IMG/VR virus record: IMGVR_UViG_3300042465_005589
Span: 124,001-188,000 of that record
Length of the DNA stretch: 64,000 nt
Strand: one strand, 5' to 3'
Below, one piece after another: positions 7,832-17,497 of this stretch; position 1 is the stretch's first letter, and every line of letters starts with the position of its first letter. Below the pieces are notes generated by a model. The model worked only from the letters and a program-made list of their open reading frames with translations, ran no database searches and had not been told where the DNA came from. The position numbers were made by a program, and so were the translations under genes.

Positions 7832-8281
7832 TTATATTTTATTCATCCACAAGTAATATTCCGTAGTATTTGAAGACCCGACTGAGATGTCCACAAATCT
7901 TGTTCCGACAATTTGACCTGACGTTATATTGTAATCGTTTATATTTCCACTTAAATTACCCCAAGGCGTATAGTTTAATGTTAAATTATAACCTGACCCT
8001 GTAAGATATAAACTATAGGTGGTTTGATAGTTATTGTACTTATATGTTGTTGGTGTCAGAAAACGAATTGTATCGTTTTTTGGGAGTATTTGTCCCATCT
8101 GTCCAATTCTATAATTTGTAACAACCCACGTTTGACCAACTAAACTTTGATTTGTTGTTCCAGTACCGTTTGGTGGTGGAACAATAATAATATCCCCACT
8201 ATGTTCGTTTGGACCATTTGGTAATTCTTGAACATAACACGACGATAAAATTAAACACAATAATAATATTAACTTTTTCAT
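7832..8281 (-). CDS. putative lipoprotein
   Basis: Signal peptide with lipobox LILSSC. Confidence 0.75.
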   Translation of the reverse strand: MKKLILLLCLILSSCYVQELPNGPNEHSGDIIIVPPPNGTGTTNQSLVGQTWVVTNYRIGQMGQILPKNDTIRFLTPTTYKYNNYQTTYSLYLTGSGYNLTLNYTPWGNLSGNINDYNITSGQIVGTRFVDISVGSSNTTEYYLWMNKI

Positions 8282-8284
8282 GTC

Positions 8285-8533
8285 TTAATTAATTAATTCG
8301 TCCACATCTATACTATGGTCTGTTAATACTTCGTAAATTCTATCAAACACTTCTTGAATCACATCGAAAGAGTCATACTCTGTTGTATCATCTTCAAATC
8401 TTCTTATTACCTTTTTTCTTAAATTTTGGGTTATTTCAAATAATGCTGACGCCATATCCAAAGATTTAACTGCTCTCATATGAGCCATTCTGTCATCCGG
8501 GTCGTTTAAATTATACGATAATGTTGCTTTCAT
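8285..8533 (-). CDS. hypothetical protein
   Basis: Likely start MKATLSYNL at 8533. Confidence 0.75.
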   Translation of the reverse strand: MKATLSYNLNDPDDRMAHMRAVKSLDMASALFEITQNLRKKVIRRFEDDTTEYDSFDVIQEVFDRIYEVLTDHSIDVDELIN

Positions 8534-8732
8534 ATTCTTGTTGTTTTTCAAATTGTTTTCTACCAATACATTTAGTTTCTTCTTTTGTTTCCCACAGACC
8601 ACCTCTTTTCTCCGGAGGTATCATATGACAATTGTGGGACTTGTCGTGTTTCATTGAATGTCCGACAATCATATCATTAAAATGATTTCTAACTATCCAG
8701 GGACATTCTTTGCAAGATTTTTTGTTATCCAT
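8511..8732 (-). CDS. small Cys/His-rich protein
   Basis: CKECPW...HNCH...C. Confidence 0.7.
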   Translation of the reverse strand: MDNKKSCKECPWIVRNHFNDMIVGHSMKHDKSHNCHMIPPEKRGGLWETKEETKCIGRKQFEKQQEYESNIIV

Positions 8733-9112
8733 TTGTTATCAGAATTTAATAAATACTCACCAACAAAATCTTTTCCTCGTGTCCATTCGTTGGGTGCGAT
8801 AAGTGATAATGTTAATTCTCCAGCAAAGTTATATAAAAAATATGACTTTCCAACTATTGGTTCAAAAGAAATTTTAGATTCCCACACCATTATTGATGTG
8901 TTGTATTCGTCATACATCTTTTCTATTCTTTCTTTTATCTCTTGATGCTCTCTATTAAAGACATCCATCATCTTTTTTGATGACTGTTCCCTAAACAACG
9001 GAACATTAGGTAAGTCAAATCCTTGACTACCCGCACTTGTGGGGTATGACTTTAATTTTGAGTCATAACCATCTTTCTCACTCCAAACAACTAAATCCGG
9101 TTTCTTCTCCAT
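8693..9112 (-). CDS. DUF2452-like protein
   Basis: SFEPIVGKSYFLY...LSLIAPNEW...YLLNSDNKW resembles Bacteroidota DUF2452. Confidence 0.7.
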   Translation of the reverse strand: MEKKPDLVVWSEKDGYDSKLKSYPTSAGSQGFDLPNVPLFREQSSKKMMDVFNREHQEIKERIEKMYDEYNTSIMVWESKISFEPIVGKSYFLYNFAGELTLSLIAPNEWTRGKDFVGEYLLNSDNKWITKNLAKNVPG

Positions 9113-9115
9113 TTT

Positions 9116-9373
9116 TTATTCTAAATAATTTAAATTTGAACTATGTTCAATCATAATTTCATGACTTAATAAACCTGATAATTGTTCAGAAAGGTTGTTA
9201 CACTTTAAATCAGTGTCTGTTTTTTCAAAAGTTATCACAACAAATAAAGCGGGAGAATCCTTAACCCATTTATTGTTTTCATCCAACCTACTTCTTTCCC
9301 AAGTATTATATTCTTTAATTTTTGCTTTAGAACAAAAACACTTTAATACTTTTTCAAATATCTCCCGTTTCAT
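9116..9373 (-). CDS. hypothetical protein
   Basis: 85-aa ORF. Confidence 0.7.
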   Translation of the reverse strand: MKREIFEKVLKCFCSKAKIKEYNTWERSRLDENNKWVKDSPALFVVITFEKTDTDLKCNNLSEQLSGLLSHEIMIEHSSNLNYLE

Positions 9374-9583
9374 TAAGTAAAAATATAATACAGAAAACAG
9401 GCAACAATAATATTGTAAACATAGTTTTCCATCTCCTGTTTAAAGGAAGGTTTAGGATTTGAGAATCCGTAAATAATCAATCTAAAAATTGTTATCCAAA
9501 AAATAACGGACATATAATGTATCATACCACAAGTATAATAAAAATATTTTTAATAAAAAGTTGTTGTAATGAGATTTTTTATA

Positions 9584-9591
9584 TATCTTTG
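9584..9591 (+). promoter_or_regulatory. Bacteroidota sigma-70 -7 element TAnnTTTG (representative copy)
   Basis: TATCTTTG here. Other plus-strand copies at 18500, 31761, 31953, 35972. Minus-strand copies at 18459, 26871, 29060, 30922, 41365, 42056, 42789, 44681, 50201, 52018, 58834, 61553, 62379. Almost all are intergenic and point into a downstream gene. Confidence 0.8.
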
Positions 9592-9621
9592 TCAAATAAT
9601 AATAATCTAAAACACTTAAAA

Positions 9622-9846
9622 ATGGGAAAACCAAGTTCAAAAGGAAAGTATGTTGTTAAAGCGAATCTTTACGACATTTATGTATTAGCAACGTCAAGAC
9701 CGGACACAACAAAAAAACACGGGTATTCAATGGGTTTTGATTTCCGAATCTATAAAAATGGAAAACTTGTTGAGAAAGGATTAAAATCTAAAGATGCTGC
9801 CGTTGCCAAAGCATTAACATTAGTTCCAAAAAAACAAAAAGCATAA
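9622..9846 (+). CDS. small basic hypothetical protein
   Basis: Likely start MGKPSSKGK after the promoter at 9584. Confidence 0.75.
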   Translation: MGKPSSKGKYVVKANLYDIYVLATSRPDTTKKHGYSMGFDFRIYKNGKLVEKGLKSKDAAVAKALTLVPKKQKA

Positions 9847-10580
9847 TGAATTACGGAAGAGAGTTTCAAAAGTTCGCAATGAGCGAAAGAGGGGTTTCAA
9901 GTCTTAACTTAGATTACTACCAAAAACATATTGAGAGTGTTACCCCATATATCTTGGAAGAAAGAGAGATGAGAGCAACTCAACTTGATATCTTTTCTCG
10001 ACTTATGATGGACCGAATTATTTGGGTTTCAGGACCGGTTGAGAGTCAGATGGCATCTATTATCCAAGCACAACTTATCTTCTTGGAAACGACCGATAAA
10101 AAGGATATCAGTATGTATCTTGACACACCGGGAGGTTCCGTATTGTCAGGTCTTGGAATCCGAGATACTATGAACTACATCAAACCGGATGTTGCAACAT
10201 TAAATGTTGGAATGTGTGCGTCTATGGGTTCTGTGTTAGTATCTTCAGGAACAAAAGGAAAAAGAAGTTCATTAATCTTCTCAAAGATTATGACACATAT
10301 GGTGTCTCACGGAACACAAGGAAATGTTCAGGACACTCGTATTAACCAATTCGAGGCAGAGAAATATAACTATATGTTATTCAAAATCTTGGCAGAGAAC
10401 TGCGGGAAAACATTTGATGAGATGTATGAGTCATCAAGAAATGACAAATGGTTCAACTCGGATGAGGCAAAATCATTTGGTTTAATTGACAACATCGTTG
10501 GATTAGAGACAAACAAATCTATGACAGAAATGATGGTTGGGTTTGATGAGTTCTACACTAAAGAAATCTTAAAACGATAA
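9846..10580 (+). CDS. clpP: ATP-dependent Clp protease proteolytic subunit
   Basis: DIFSRLMMDRII, YLDTPGGSV, GMCASMG (Ser), MTH (His), DKWFNSDEA (Asp); Bacteroidota-type N-terminal extension. Confidence 0.95.
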   Translation: MNYGREFQKFAMSERGVSSLNLDYYQKHIESVTPYILEEREMRATQLDIFSRLMMDRIIWVSGPVESQMASIIQAQLIFLETTDKKDISMYLDTPGGSVLSGLGIRDTMNYIKPDVATLNVGMCASMGSVLVSSGTKGKRSSLIFSKIMTHMVSHGTQGNVQDTRINQFEAEKYNYMLFKILAENCGKTFDEMYESSRNDKWFNSDEAKSFGLIDNIVGLETNKSMTEMMVGFDEFYTKEILKR

Positions 10581-10584
10581 TACG

Positions 10585-11139
10585 ATGGCAAACACGATGA
10601 CAACTTATGTTAAGGTTGGAAACCTTAACGAAGAAACTTTTAACAAATTAAATGGTCTTCTTGAAAAAGATAGTGATAATACTTCATATGTAGATATTAT
10701 AAATCACGTCAATAAATTATACGGAACTGAATTTAGTGAACCTGATAATTTTATGGATAGAGGATGGATGGAAGAGAATGTTGGTTCTAAATGGTTCACC
10801 ATTGAATGTGATGTGGATGAATATTCGTCAGAGGTTGATTTAGTTATAGAAACTGCTTGGACAGTTCCAACGGAATATCTTCAAAAGATTGTTGAGTACA
10901 TAGGTGGTGATGTTGTGGTATACGGAACTTATGAAGACGAGTCATACGACCCAATAGGAGCATTTGTATACGCGGTGGACTACGATGATATTGAAGATTA
11001 CGAAGAAGTGGAACACGATAGAATCTTTGAGGACGATGATTATTTGGAAGAGATGTACGATGGATTATACGAACTTCGTGATTCTCTATATGAAGGTTAT
11101 CGTGAAGTTATGGACGAAAGAAGTATTGAGGAAGATTAA
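10585..11139 (+). CDS. acidic hypothetical protein (possible DUF1281/YubB ferredoxin-like)
   Basis: WMEENVGSKW...IETAWTVP motif. Confidence 0.6.
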   Translation: MANTMTTYVKVGNLNEETFNKLNGLLEKDSDNTSYVDIINHVNKLYGTEFSEPDNFMDRGWMEENVGSKWFTIECDVDEYSSEVDLVIETAWTVPTEYLQKIVEYIGGDVVVYGTYEDESYDPIGAFVYAVDYDDIEDYEEVEHDRIFEDDDYLEEMYDGLYELRDSLYEGYREVMDERSIEED

Positions 11140-11158
11140 ACCATTATAAAAAACAAAT

Positions 11159-11500
11159 ATGAAATCACATTTTAGAAAAACGGAGTATTACACCTCCCAC
11201 AACGCCAACGCTCCGGTGGAGTTAGATAGCGAAAAATTCCCTGAATTCAAGGGAGAAACTGAAGAAGAATTTTTACAATACGTCTACGATAATTTAGACG
11301 GATGGATTGACGGAGAAGGAGAACCATTGTTTGACGAAGAAACACAAGACGCATTGTATGAATTACAACACGGGTCAATGGAAGAATATTGGGGGTCTTA
11401 TCAAAACTATTTTGAGGGAGAACTGCAAGTAGGAGAACCAACACCTAAAGATAATTACAAAAACGGTAATTTCAAAACAATAGATTCAATCTCAATTTAA
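11159..11500 (+). CDS. hypothetical protein
   Basis: 113-aa acidic ORF. Confidence 0.75.
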   Translation: MKSHFRKTEYYTSHNANAPVELDSEKFPEFKGETEEEFLQYVYDNLDGWIDGEGEPLFDEETQDALYELQHGSMEEYWGSYQNYFEGELQVGEPTPKDNYKNGNFKTIDSISI

Positions 11501-11507
11501 TAATTTT

Positions 11508-11798
11508 ATGAAAAAAATACTTATAATACTTACATTATTGTTATCTGCTCAAATTTATTCACAATCAACTCAGGTAGATAAACTTCCGGAACCAATGGAA
11601 TACGGACAAAAGATTTTCTACGATAAAGAAGGTCATTTAATTGTTGAAACAAAAAAGAATTTGAATCAGGAAGAGATTGAAACCGTAAAACAATATGTTA
11701 AGACATATTACAAAAAATATGATTGGTCTTCACCCGAGATTTTTGATAAGTCATTTTTTTCAAGAAAAGAAATTTTACGTTTTTACCGAATTAAATAA
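11508..11798 (+). CDS. exported hypothetical protein
   Basis: N-terminal signal peptide. Confidence 0.7.
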   Translation: MKKILIILTLLLSAQIYSQSTQVDKLPEPMEYGQKIFYDKEGHLIVETKKNLNQEEIETVKQYVKTYYKKYDWSSPEIFDKSFFSRKEILRFYRIK

Positions 11799-11805
11799 TA
11801 AAAAG

Positions 11806-11834
11806 AAACCCTCAACTATTGTTGGGGGTTTTTA
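11806..11834. terminator. bidirectional intrinsic terminator
   Basis: AAACCCTCAAC-TATT-GTTGGGGGTTTT between convergent genes. Confidence 0.75.
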
Positions 11835-12934
11835 TCTTTTAATAGGTAATATAACTTACTTAATTTCTTTGTCATCTTAAGACAAATGTTTCTCGTTTGA
11901 TTAATTTCATATTTGAAGAATCGTTCATAATCTTTACCAAACCTTGTTATCTTACCTAAATATTTATCAAAATATTTTTGTTTATCACCACTGAATCCCA
12001 TCATTGATTCAAAAAAGTTGTCCGATAAAAAGTCCCTCATTCCACCAGCCTTCCAATTTAATAACGTTTTGAAAAATTTTTGTAATGTAATGTCAACCAT
12101 TTCTTCATCGGTTGCGTCCTTTGGATAATCTATATTGTTATCATCAAATGTTTCTTTTATTTGAGGAATAATTACTTTTAAATCTTCTCTTAATTTTTCA
12201 TAACTTAAGTTAGCCCCTTCTCTATAATTCTCATAAACTTTATGATTTGTTATGAATTTATAAAACTCCTCTTTTGTTATACCACTCTCTTTTAATGCCG
12301 CGAAAATTTCAGTTGCTCTAACCAAATTTTCTGTGGTGTGAGCAAAATACATATAACCCAATAATTGATTCAATGGTGGTATGTTTCCAAATTTTCTTTG
12401 TGAACCAATATTATAATTAACTCTTTTATGTGTTTTGACTATTGAGTTAACGGATTCATCATAAGCGTGTTTTAGTTCGTGAGCTAAACTTGAAACCATA
12501 ATAGTTCGTTCTTTTTTGAACTCATCAATCACTTCTTGAGTTGTCACATCATTGTCAATTACAAAACTAATTGATAATATAACCTTGTTCATATTTTGGT
12601 TTGATTCAAAATTAAACTTGGCATTCATTTTAACCTTCCCGTGATGAGTCATACCTATTAATGAAATTTTAGGTAATTCACCGTCTGCACTACGATAGTC
12701 GTTTATATCATCAACATTAAAAGACACCTTTATTGTCTTAAATTTATAATCATTAATTTGGAAATCACCTTTTAAAGTAATTGTCTTTGTTAGAAAAGAA
12801 TTTATGTCATCATTAGGGTTAATTCCGGATATAATTTTGTCGTATAGTTGTTGAGCAATTTCAACGATGTTAGTTGGAACACCTACGGCTTCGGTCAATT
12901 TAATATATTGTTTTTCGTTGATTCTAATTTTCAT
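11816..12934 (-). CDS. leader-bearing protein with HExxH motif
   Basis: MKIRINEKQYIKLTEA leader; LAHELKHAYD. Confidence 0.75.
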   Translation of the reverse strand: MKIRINEKQYIKLTEAVGVPTNIVEIAQQLYDKIISGINPNDDINSFLTKTITLKGDFQINDYKFKTIKVSFNVDDINDYRSADGELPKISLIGMTHHGKVKMNAKFNFESNQNMNKVILSISFVIDNDVTTQEVIDEFKKERTIMVSSLAHELKHAYDESVNSIVKTHKRVNYNIGSQRKFGNIPPLNQLLGYMYFAHTTENLVRATEIFAALKESGITKEEFYKFITNHKVYENYREGANLSYEKLREDLKVIIPQIKETFDDNNIDYPKDATDEEMVDITLQKFFKTLLNWKAGGMRDFLSDNFFESMMGFSGDKQKYFDKYLGKITRFGKDYERFFKYEINQTRNICLKMTKKLSKLYYLLKDKNPQQ

Positions 12935-13096
12935 AATTATAAATACTCGTAAAAATAAAAAACCCTCTGATTCAGAGGGAATTTGGGTCTTGATAATTTA
13001 TTAATTCTATTGATAATAAATAATATTTTAAAAATAATAACTAGTTAATATTGCTCTAGTAAAAAATAAATATCTTAAATTTTATAAAAATTCCGA

Positions 13097-13513
13097 TTAT
13101 TTTAAAATTGTTTTTACACGAATGTGAAAATTATCTTCAAACCATTTTTTGAACGGTTCTTCCCATCTGTCACCAAAAATACTATCTAATTGATTTGATA
13201 AATGAGTATTCTCAAATTCAAGTATTGGGGAATCTTTAATATTTTTTTTTAATTGATGGCGGTCATACTCATGTCCTGTTGGTGGCAAAGCACTCTCATC
13301 TTCAATCCAATATTCTTTATCATACCATCTAAATAAAGTATTCTCGCCCCACCCTTCTTCATAATCACCTTCATAGAATTCCACAGCGTAATCAACCTCA
13401 TTACCCATATCGTCAGAACCAGGTGTCCAACCAATATTATTAACATCAAACATATTGTTAAGATGTTTAACGACTAAGTCATTAATTTTATTTTCAGTTA
13501 TAATAAATTTCAT
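13097..13513 (-). CDS. leader-bearing member of the expanded paralog family
   Basis: Start MKFIITENK at 13513; ends FKKWFEDNFHIRVKTI. Confidence 0.8.
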   Translation of the reverse strand: MKFIITENKINDLVVKHLNNMFDVNNIGWTPGSDDMGNEVDYAVEFYEGDYEEGWGENTLFRWYDKEYWIEDESALPPTGHEYDRHQLKKNIKDSPILEFENTHLSNQLDSIFGDRWEEPFKKWFEDNFHIRVKTILK

Positions 13514-13608
13514 ATCAATAAATATTTGATTTTCCATTATAAAACAAAAAATCACCAATTAAGGTGATTATTTTCCACTAAAACAGATATTTTAGTCATT
13601 ATTTTCCA

Positions 13609-13902
13609 TTAAGGGTTGTGTAATATATGTGTCTTATCTTTTGTTAAATACTTAAAAACACAATTATCTTCAGTAACAAATGGGTAAAATCCCGTAATAT
13701 CACTAATAAAATTATCAATTATTAACTCATTACCATTTTTAAAGACTAAAATTCGGTGAAAAGTTAATGGATTATACTCAATATTTTTCACGTTTTTAAC
13801 AATTATTTCGTAATTCTTCTTTTTATCAATGCGAACCACAAATTTAATATCCGGATAAAATACTTTTATAACCTTCCTTAAACCATTTAACTTATCCATC
13901 AT
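13609..13902 (-). CDS. hypothetical protein
   Basis: 97-aa ORF with its own terminator. Confidence 0.7.
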   Translation of the reverse strand: MMDKLNGLRKVIKVFYPDIKFVVRIDKKKNYEIIVKNVKNIEYNPLTFHRILVFKNGNELIIDNFISDITGFYPFVTEDNCVFKYLTKDKTHILHNP

Positions 13903-13964
13903 AGTTTAATTATAAGAAACAAAAACCCCCAATCAAGGGGGTTATTGTTTTATTAATTTAAATA

Positions 13965-15038
13965 TTAAATCAACGAATCATATGTTTGTTGTCCAACAAT
14001 TCCATCTACCGCAAGACCATTATCTTTTTGATATTGTTTAACCATTTCTTTTGTGGTTGGTCCATAAATACCGTCACATTTTTCAACATCATCTTTACAT
14101 GCTTCAACATCAGTAGTTATAGAACCCGAAGTTGTTCCACTATATCCAATTTCAATTAATATTTTTTGAACTTGTTTAACTAAATGACCTTTCGCATTTA
14201 ACCCAATGACTTTATTATCTTCAGTTACCGCTGACCAATCTGTATCAGTTGGTTGTACATATCCGGATGCGTTTTTTGAAATATCTTTAAATTTAAGTAC
14301 AGGTTTTGTTCCATCCCACTCCCAAGTACCTCTACTTTTACCAGTTCCTTGACCTTTATTCCAAACATAAACATCACCATCATCATAAATTCTCATTTGG
14401 CTATCAGTATCATTTGGGTCAGTAGAATTGACTATCACTAAATCCCATATATTTTCATCATCTTCTAATTTATCCATTTTATCAAATTTCCAATTTGAGT
14501 CTTTATTACCTTCATAATATTTAACAACATCTTCCCATTTATCTTTATTTGTAGATTCAGTTTTTGCTGGTGCCGCAGCCGCAGGTGCAACATCTTTCAA
14601 TGGTTTTGTTATTTTTTTAAATGTTAATACCGGAAATTCATCACCATCAATATTTAGTTTAATAGGTGTTGTAATAACAGATTTAAACTTATTTAGTCTT
14701 GTAATAATTTTATTTAAATCATCTCCTTGACTAAATTCTCCTTTAATCATATCGGTAAAACTAGAATAACCTGTTTTTTTATCGGCAAATAATGTTAGTA
14801 ATCGATGAAGTTCACTTGCATATGTAATCTTATTAAGACCATCTATTATATCTTGAGGCTCAGTTCCCATTCCGGATGCACCATCAATCATATTTTTGTA
14901 TGCAAGTTGAGCGTTTTGTTCTTTTTTACTAACAGGGGGGCGTTGTTCACCAATTTCTTGTTCTGAAATAACAACACCTCGTTGATATCCCAAAAGGTAT
15001 TTCATATACCCAAGTTCTTCTGTAATTATATTTTTCAT
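13965..15038 (-). CDS. annexin-like repeat plus C-terminal peptidoglycan-binding domain protein
   Basis: MIDGASGMGTEPQDII...GYSSFTDMIKGEFS (annexin-like); VKQVQKIL...DGIYGPTTKEMVKQYQKDNGLAVDGIVGQQT (PG_binding_1). Confidence 0.7.
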   Translation of the reverse strand: MKNIITEELGYMKYLLGYQRGVVISEQEIGEQRPPVSKKEQNAQLAYKNMIDGASGMGTEPQDIIDGLNKITYASELHRLLTLFADKKTGYSSFTDMIKGEFSQGDDLNKIITRLNKFKSVITTPIKLNIDGDEFPVLTFKKITKPLKDVAPAAAAPAKTESTNKDKWEDVVKYYEGNKDSNWKFDKMDKLEDDENIWDLVIVNSTDPNDTDSQMRIYDDGDVYVWNKGQGTGKSRGTWEWDGTKPVLKFKDISKNASGYVQPTDTDWSAVTEDNKVIGLNAKGHLVKQVQKILIEIGYSGTTSGSITTDVEACKDDVEKCDGIYGPTTKEMVKQYQKDNGLAVDGIVGQQTYDSLI

Positions 15039-15074
15039 AATTTAAATTTCTTTATTATAAATATACCAATAAAG

Positions 15075-15104
15075 AAAAAACCCCACTTTATAGGTGGGGT
15101 TTTT
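15075..15104. terminator. intrinsic terminator
   Basis: AAAAAACCCCAC-TTTATAG-GTGGGGTTTTT. Confidence 0.75.
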
Positions 15105-15105
15105 A

Positions 15106-15291
15106 TTAATCTTCAGATGATACCATTAAGTAGTAGTTAATTCCTTGATACTTAAAAAAGATATTTCTTAAATTTGTCACAGGAGGAGCTGAGGACCATA
15201 ATTCTGTTTTACCTATTTGTCCCTCCATAGGTTTAATTATACATTTTTTATCCGTGAACTTAATTGTTCTTGTAATTTGTGATTCTTCCAT
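15106..15291 (-). CDS. hypothetical protein
   Basis: 61-aa ORF. Confidence 0.6.
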   Translation of the reverse strand: MEESQITRTIKFTDKKCIIKPMEGQIGKTELWSSAPPVTNLRNIFFKYQGINYYLMVSSED

Positions 15292-15342
15292 ATAGTCGTT
15301 TTTAAAAAAATAGTCAATATGTTTGAAACAGTAAATGTATTT

Positions 15343-15459
15343 TTATAATTGTGACTTTAATCTTGAAAGGATTTCGTTGTTTTTATTCATTATTTTTAAT
15401 TTCTTAACAACATTCACTCTGTTTTTTTTAGGTTTCCCTGGTTTTCTTGATTTTGACAT
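15343..15459 (-). CDS. small very basic peptide (38 aa)
   Basis: Hand-translated MSKSRKPGKPKKNRVNVVKKLKIMNKNNEILSRLKSQL. Confidence 0.6.
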   Translation of the reverse strand: MSKSRKPGKPKKNRVNVVKKLKIMNKNNEILSRLKSQL

Positions 15460-15484
15460 AATAATGATTTACTAATAAGTATTG

Positions 15485-15877
15485 CTATTCTTCATTTTTA
15501 AAATGTAGTCCCGCCTTACCAAACGACCAAGAGGTTAAATCAATCCCCATATATTTCAAATCATCTACCATTTCAGGTTCAAAAGCCCAATTTAACGGGT
15601 ATTTTTTTGCAACGGAATTTTTAAAATGTTTTTCTTTATACTCATCACATAACTCTACAGGAATTGGAACTTCAGAATCAATTACAAGTATGTAATCGTA
15701 TTTATCCCTCCAACTATCGGCAAACTTCCAACGTTCCTCACCTTTATATAAATTAACAATATGAACACTGAAGTTATACTTCGTGTCGGAACAAGTCATT
15801 TTATTTATCCTCTTATTACCAAACGTGTTCATATATTTGGTAATCATTCTAGGGACTGCTTCGTCTTCTATATTCAT
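15485..15877 (-). CDS. hypothetical protein
   Basis: 130-aa ORF. Confidence 0.75.
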   Translation of the reverse strand: MNIEDEAVPRMITKYMNTFGNKRINKMTCSDTKYNFSVHIVNLYKGEERWKFADSWRDKYDYILVIDSEVPIPVELCDEYKEKHFKNSVAKKYPLNWAFEPEMVDDLKYMGIDLTSWSFGKAGLHFKNEE

Positions 15878-16248
15878 TATATCCTTTCAATTGTTTTAAC
15901 ATTATAACCGTATACCTTTTCAAACCAATCTTTTAATAACTCATCAAAATATTGACTAAACATAGATTCTATATTTGGGAATGAATAATGTTCTCCGTAT
16001 CGTAGTATTGGTAAATCTTCTTCTTCACCCTCATCACCCGGTTCACTTTGATATTGCATAACCCAATCGTCATCTTCGTAATCTTCTTCAATATCATTAT
16101 AAAAATTCAAAACATCCCAATCAACATAATCTCCTTTTTCTTGAACCCAATAATCATAAGATTTTTCGGTGTGGTCTAAATTTGAATAGGGTTGCATTAC
16201 TTTATCAAAGATAGAGAACAACTTATCATATTTAATTTTAATATCCAT
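15877..16248 (-). CDS. member of the expanded paralog family
   Basis: Likely start MDIKIKY at 16248; ends KDWFEKVYGYNVKTI. Confidence 0.75.
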   Translation of the reverse strand: MDIKIKYDKLFSIFDKVMQPYSNLDHTEKSYDYWVQEKGDYVDWDVLNFYNDIEEDYEDDDWVMQYQSEPGDEGEEEDLPILRYGEHYSFPNIESMFSQYFDELLKDWFEKVYGYNVKTIERI

Positions 16249-16249
16249 A

Positions 16250-16621
16250 TTACCAAGTTCTGCAAGCCCAATATTTAGCTTTCCATCTTGGTCCCGGATT
16301 ATCACAATTCATTCTTGCTCTAAAAGATTTTCTTCTAGCAGGATTATTTTTCTTAATGACCATTCGTTTTCCTTTTGCAGATTTTCCACCAAAACCAAAG
16401 TTAACCTTAACAACATTTCCTTTGTCGTTCTTAACATAAACTTTGAATTTCTTAATATCTCCTTGCATAATTTTACCAAGTTGAACTTTACGTCCCTGAT
16501 ATTCCGCCTCAGTCAACAAATCACCAACAACAAAGTTGGTCTCCTCAACTGAACCATAAAAACTATCATCTAATTCATTGAATAGTCTATTGTATTGTGA
16601 TTCTGTAATTATTATTTTCAT
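16250..16621 (-). CDS. leader-bearing basic protein of a family common in T4-like aquatic phages
   Basis: MKIIITESQY; EAEYQGRKVQLGK...KKFKVYVKN...NPARRKSFRARMNC...KYWACRTW. Confidence 0.75.
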   Translation of the reverse strand: MKIIITESQYNRLFNELDDSFYGSVEETNFVVGDLLTEAEYQGRKVQLGKIMQGDIKKFKVYVKNDKGNVVKVNFGFGGKSAKGKRMVIKKNNPARRKSFRARMNCDNPGPRWKAKYWACRTW

Positions 16622-17457
16622 TTTTTATAACTTGTCATTGTCGGTTTATTTCCTGTTCCCACTTTTGGGTCTTTCTTTTCTGCTCTTCTCTTTTGTTGAG
16701 TCATCGCTTTCTTCTCATCCTTATCATACGATGAAGCCACCTTAGGTGTTTCAGATGAAACCTTTTTTGATGGACGACATTTTGGATATGACTTACCATC
16801 AGCATCCTTTCTTCCACAAGGTGGATGTTTCCCGTCAACTTTTTTGCTTACATCAACCCACTTTTCCTTAAACCAATTACGCAAATCTTCATTAACATTT
16901 TCGTTCTTTGGTTTAATTCCTTTTTTCTTCATGTTGATTGCAATTGCTGCTTGTTGTGCCGGACTTGAAGCTTCATTAGTTTCCTCAGATTCGTTAGCCG
17001 ATTTTTTAACTGTTCTCCATCCACCACCTTTTGATTTATATCGTTTGGCTGCAGCACCATTACAATATGCACTCGGACAAACTTTATATTTTGACCTTGC
17101 CCAAGCCAAACTTCGAGACCATAACTCAGGATTGGTTGGTTTATTCTTACCTTCGGTTAACTGATTATCACCGGAACAATGTTTATCAAAATAATTATAA
17201 ATTAGTTCTTTAAATTCATTTTCAAGTAGTTCTAAAAAATCATCTTTATCCATACCATCAAAATCATTAATGTCCGTAAAATAATCTTCAGCGTTGTATT
17301 TAACACCTTCCATAAAATGCTCATCATTGTCATAATCACAAACATACATACCATCCATTAAGTTGTATAGGAAATTTTCAATTCTATGTATTCTTCTTCT
17401 AATTGAAGAATCCATCTCCAATAACTTGTATTGTCTTTCTGTAATTATAACTTTCAT
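16618..17457 (-). CDS. leader-bearing multi-module protein (DUF5872-like modules)
   Basis: KPTNPELW...PSAY...YKSKGGGW; EASSPAQQAAIAI; EDLRNWFKEKWVD...PKCRP. Confidence 0.7.
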   Translation of the reverse strand: MKVIITERQYKLLEMDSSIRRRIHRIENFLYNLMDGMYVCDYDNDEHFMEGVKYNAEDYFTDINDFDGMDKDDFLELLENEFKELIYNYFDKHCSGDNQLTEGKNKPTNPELWSRSLAWARSKYKVCPSAYCNGAAAKRYKSKGGGWRTVKKSANESEETNEASSPAQQAAIAINMKKKGIKPKNENVNEDLRNWFKEKWVDVSKKVDGKHPPCGRKDADGKSYPKCRPSKKVSSETPKVASSYDKDEKKAMTQQKRRAEKKDPKVGTGNKPTMTSYKK

Positions 17458-17497
17458 ATAAATAAATATCCCCCAACTACTAAATAGTAATGGGGGA

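Noticed and set aside
9846-10580. Bacterial chromosome origin suggested by clpP, thyA, FKBP and GT2
   Set aside because: There are no housekeeping operons (no tig/clpX context). The window is dominated by short phage-type ORFs, paralog expansions and T4-like modules.
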